DNA of 64,000 nt, from assembly GCA_032718475.1 (NCBI GenBank), contig JAUCBJ010005607.1, positions 1 through 64,000 on the forward strand, in the 5' to 3' direction. Position numbers and translations under genes: made by a program. Under the pieces are notes generated by a model. The model was not told where the DNA came from. It saw only the letters and a program-made list of their open reading frames with translations, and ran no database searches. This document shows, one piece after another, positions 61,973 through 64,000 of this stretch. The DNA is from Nemertoderma westbladi (lineage: Eukaryota > Animalia > Xenacoelomorpha). Within the stretch, counting starts at the first letter, position 1; each line of letters opens with the position of its first letter.

Positions 61973-62437
61973 TCAGTAGATGGGAAACCTAGAAACTTGA
62001 CGGTTGATGCGTGTACCAGAGGTACTAGGTCTATACCCCCGGCGGGATTGGGCTAATTTTCTGCCTCTTACAGCCGTTATTATGGGTGATATTTTCTGAT
62101 AAGCGTTAAGCCCACTCATTAAACCAGAGATTAGTAGATTTATAAATCCGCCCCTTTGCACCAATCGTTTACGGTAAATTCTGATGGGATACTTGGCTGA
62201 TGTTGGTTTTTTAGCAATCTCCCGTATTGTTTTTTTATGGCGTTTTAACCTCGCGATTGTTTGCTCAGGAATTTTTACGTTACCATTTAATACATTTAGA
62301 TTAATTTTAATTAGAAAACTTATAAGTTCATCGGTTCCACCGACGCGTAAGAAGGTTTTTCTACGGTTAAGGGAGGCGTTAGATAAGAACTTTAAATCCC
62401 CGTCAAATTGTTTAATTAAAGCTTTGAGTGATTTCAT
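61973..62437 (-). CDS. Basic Maverick core-like protein with a QxGGF protease-site motif
   Basis: NVLNGNV...LKRHKKTIREIA...RKRLVQRGGFINLLISGL, a pattern typical of a conserved Maverick/adintovirus gene. Confidence 0.7.
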   Translation of the reverse strand: MKSLKALIKQFDGDLKFLSNASLNRRKTFLRVGGTDELISFLIKINLNVLNGNVKIPEQTIARLKRHKKTIREIAKKPTSAKYPIRIYRKRLVQRGGFINLLISGLMSGLNAYQKISPIITAVRGRKLAQSRRGYRPSTSGTRINRQVSRFPIY

Positions 62438-62852
62438 TACGTCATATATTAATAACTTATATAAACGAGAACAATAATAGTAAGTAATAAAACACCGCCA
62501 CCGTTATAAATAGTATCGAGTATATGCGCGGGTGGGGTTTTTCACGCGATAAAACCGAGCAATTATAGAAACCAGCACTCTTTAAAACCTAACATCGATA
62601 ATTAATAAAATACATTATATAACGCGAACAATGAATTAATTTTGACTGACAGAAAGACCGACAAATAGACAGATATACTAGATTTATGTAAATGTAAACC
62701 GACATCAGAAATGAAATTGACACCCTTGACAACCTAAGACTACCGATAAAACACGTTATATATAATGTGAATAATGGTAATATCCGCGTTTATTAAAAAA
62801 CCTAAAGAGATCCCGCCGGACAAACCTAAAACTGGCACCAGAAATGAAAAAA

Positions 62853-63413
62853 TTAGATATTTCTACCTAAATGACTATCTAAATTACCAATAAAATTCAA
62901 AAACTTTGGAAAAAATACTCGAAATATCCCGGGTCTTGCCATACACACAACATTTCGTGTGTAAAAAACGCAAAATGTTATGATATTAGAACTAGTTTTA
63001 CCCCGACGATAAAACTGCACAATAATATTATTAAATATCTCCGGCTCATATTTCACCTCCGCATTATAATAATTATCTAAAAAATGAAACCTGACCGTTT
63101 TCATTAATTTCCTATAGTCTATGTCTAGATTGTTAATAATATAAGTTTGGCTATTGATTGAAATAAAAGTTAGTTTATAATCAGTATGCTTATATATATA
63201 CTTAATAATTTTTTTTATTTTAGGCGATTTACCGAGTACAGTGACCTTACCGATCGGGAAAAAGAGACACGTCCATCCGCAAATTTTGGCGATATATTGA
63301 AAAGGATTTAAGATGAGTTTTCCATTTCGAATTCGTTTAGCCAGCACATCGAATGATATGCACCCATCAACCAACCTCAAACTTATATTACTGTTGACAA
63401 CTCTAAAAGACAT
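62853..63413 (-). CDS. Divergent TATA-box-binding protein (TBP)-like protein encoded by the Maverick
   Basis: 186 aa with two TBP-like repeats: VVN...LAKRIRNG...F...TCLFFPIGKVTVLG (cf. TBP QNIV...IALRARNA...F...TALIFSSGKMVCTG) and KYEPEIFNNIIV...FCVFYTRNVVC (cf. SYEPELFPGLIY...LLIFVSGKVVL). Confidence 0.75.
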   Translation of the reverse strand: MSFRVVNSNISLRLVDGCISFDVLAKRIRNGKLILNPFQYIAKICGWTCLFFPIGKVTVLGKSPKIKKIIKYIYKHTDYKLTFISINSQTYIINNLDIDYRKLMKTVRFHFLDNYYNAEVKYEPEIFNNIIVQFYRRGKTSSNIITFCVFYTRNVVCMARPGIFRVFFPKFLNFIGNLDSHLGRNI

Positions 63414-63422
63414 CGCAATCCG

Positions 63423-64000
63423 CTATTCTATAATGGGCGGTAAATAAAGCTTAGGGGCAGGCGCTTTACGATCCAAATGTGTTTTATAATGGCTGTAAGG
63501 TAGACTTTCATTAGTTGATGTGTAGTATCTTTTATCTTCCCACAGTGTTAGCGATTTTTTTCTTTGTGAAACGGTGTAGATTTTATGTAAATTAGATTGA
63601 AACCTTTGACTGTATTCGTAATGCTCGCTAACCTCGTTATATACTTTTAAATATGATTCGTGGGAGAGTTTCTTTTTTATAACCATTTTTCCTACGCCTT
63701 TAGCGACACGTTTTGGAACTGACCCCCCCACGAAAGCTATAACATTTTGGTCTAAGTAAAATAACCTGGTCAAACGGGATAGACTTCCCTTCATCCTTTA
63801 AATATCTATATTTCCCTTTCTGTTCTACTGTATACAGCGGATGTGTAATAGGATAATTTGAACAGTCTAAAACTTTTTTTGATTGTAACGCAGATAAAAA
63901 TTGGTGTTGGGATAAACCAACACACTGTAAAAAAAAAGAATCTGTGTCCCCACCTAACAAATTTATACTACAATTTAATTCGGCTTCCAGGGGCTTTAAT
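63423..64000 (-). pseudogene. C-terminus of protein-primed family B DNA polymerase (pPolB), frameshift near 63725
   Basis: GDTDS catalytic motif, KDE, LRPKCYS, AKGV, KKSL...DKR. The shift is at a C-run; the gene starts beyond the window end. Confidence 0.92.

Larger units (their letters stand above)
49480..64000 (-). mobile_element. Polinton/Maverick (adintovirus-like endogenous virus), continuing beyond the window; inactivated copy
   Basis: Terminus AGTAGTATGATA at 49480. Compact intronless minus-strand gene block: pPolB, TBP-like, core-like, ATPase, conserved ORF, integrase, 2 minor capsids, nuclease-like, core-like, major capsid, protease. Confidence 0.93.

Overview
This is AT-rich eukaryotic (invertebrate-like) genomic DNA, not prokaryotic. 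Five phase-compatible GT-AG exons on the + strand (1697-1880, 8371-8517, 19322-19455, 31686-32396, 37854-38525) encode part of a multidomain protein, probably extracellular: one discoidin/galactose-binding-like domain followed by two LamG/concanavalin-like domains. Its introns and flanks are filled with mobile and repetitive DNA: RTE and CR1/L2 LINEs, a Penelope fragment, BEL/Pao LTR elements, foldback/Mutator-like elements, two 79-bp satellites and two minisatellites. From 49480 to the window end lies a decayed Polinton/Maverick (adintovirus-like) element with pPolB, ATPase, integrase, two minor capsids, a major capsid and a protease. A second Maverick-type terminus ends at 678. Highlights: (1) an intact TBP-like gene directly behind the Maverick polymerase, plus a DEDD/Maelstrom-like gene in the same element; (2) a satellite of about 63 copies that arose from the 3' end of a coding exon and its splice donor; (3) a BEL/Pao element carrying an extra DEDDy-exonuclease/triple zinc-knuckle ORF. 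All protein assignments come from motif recognition by eye; no database search was run.
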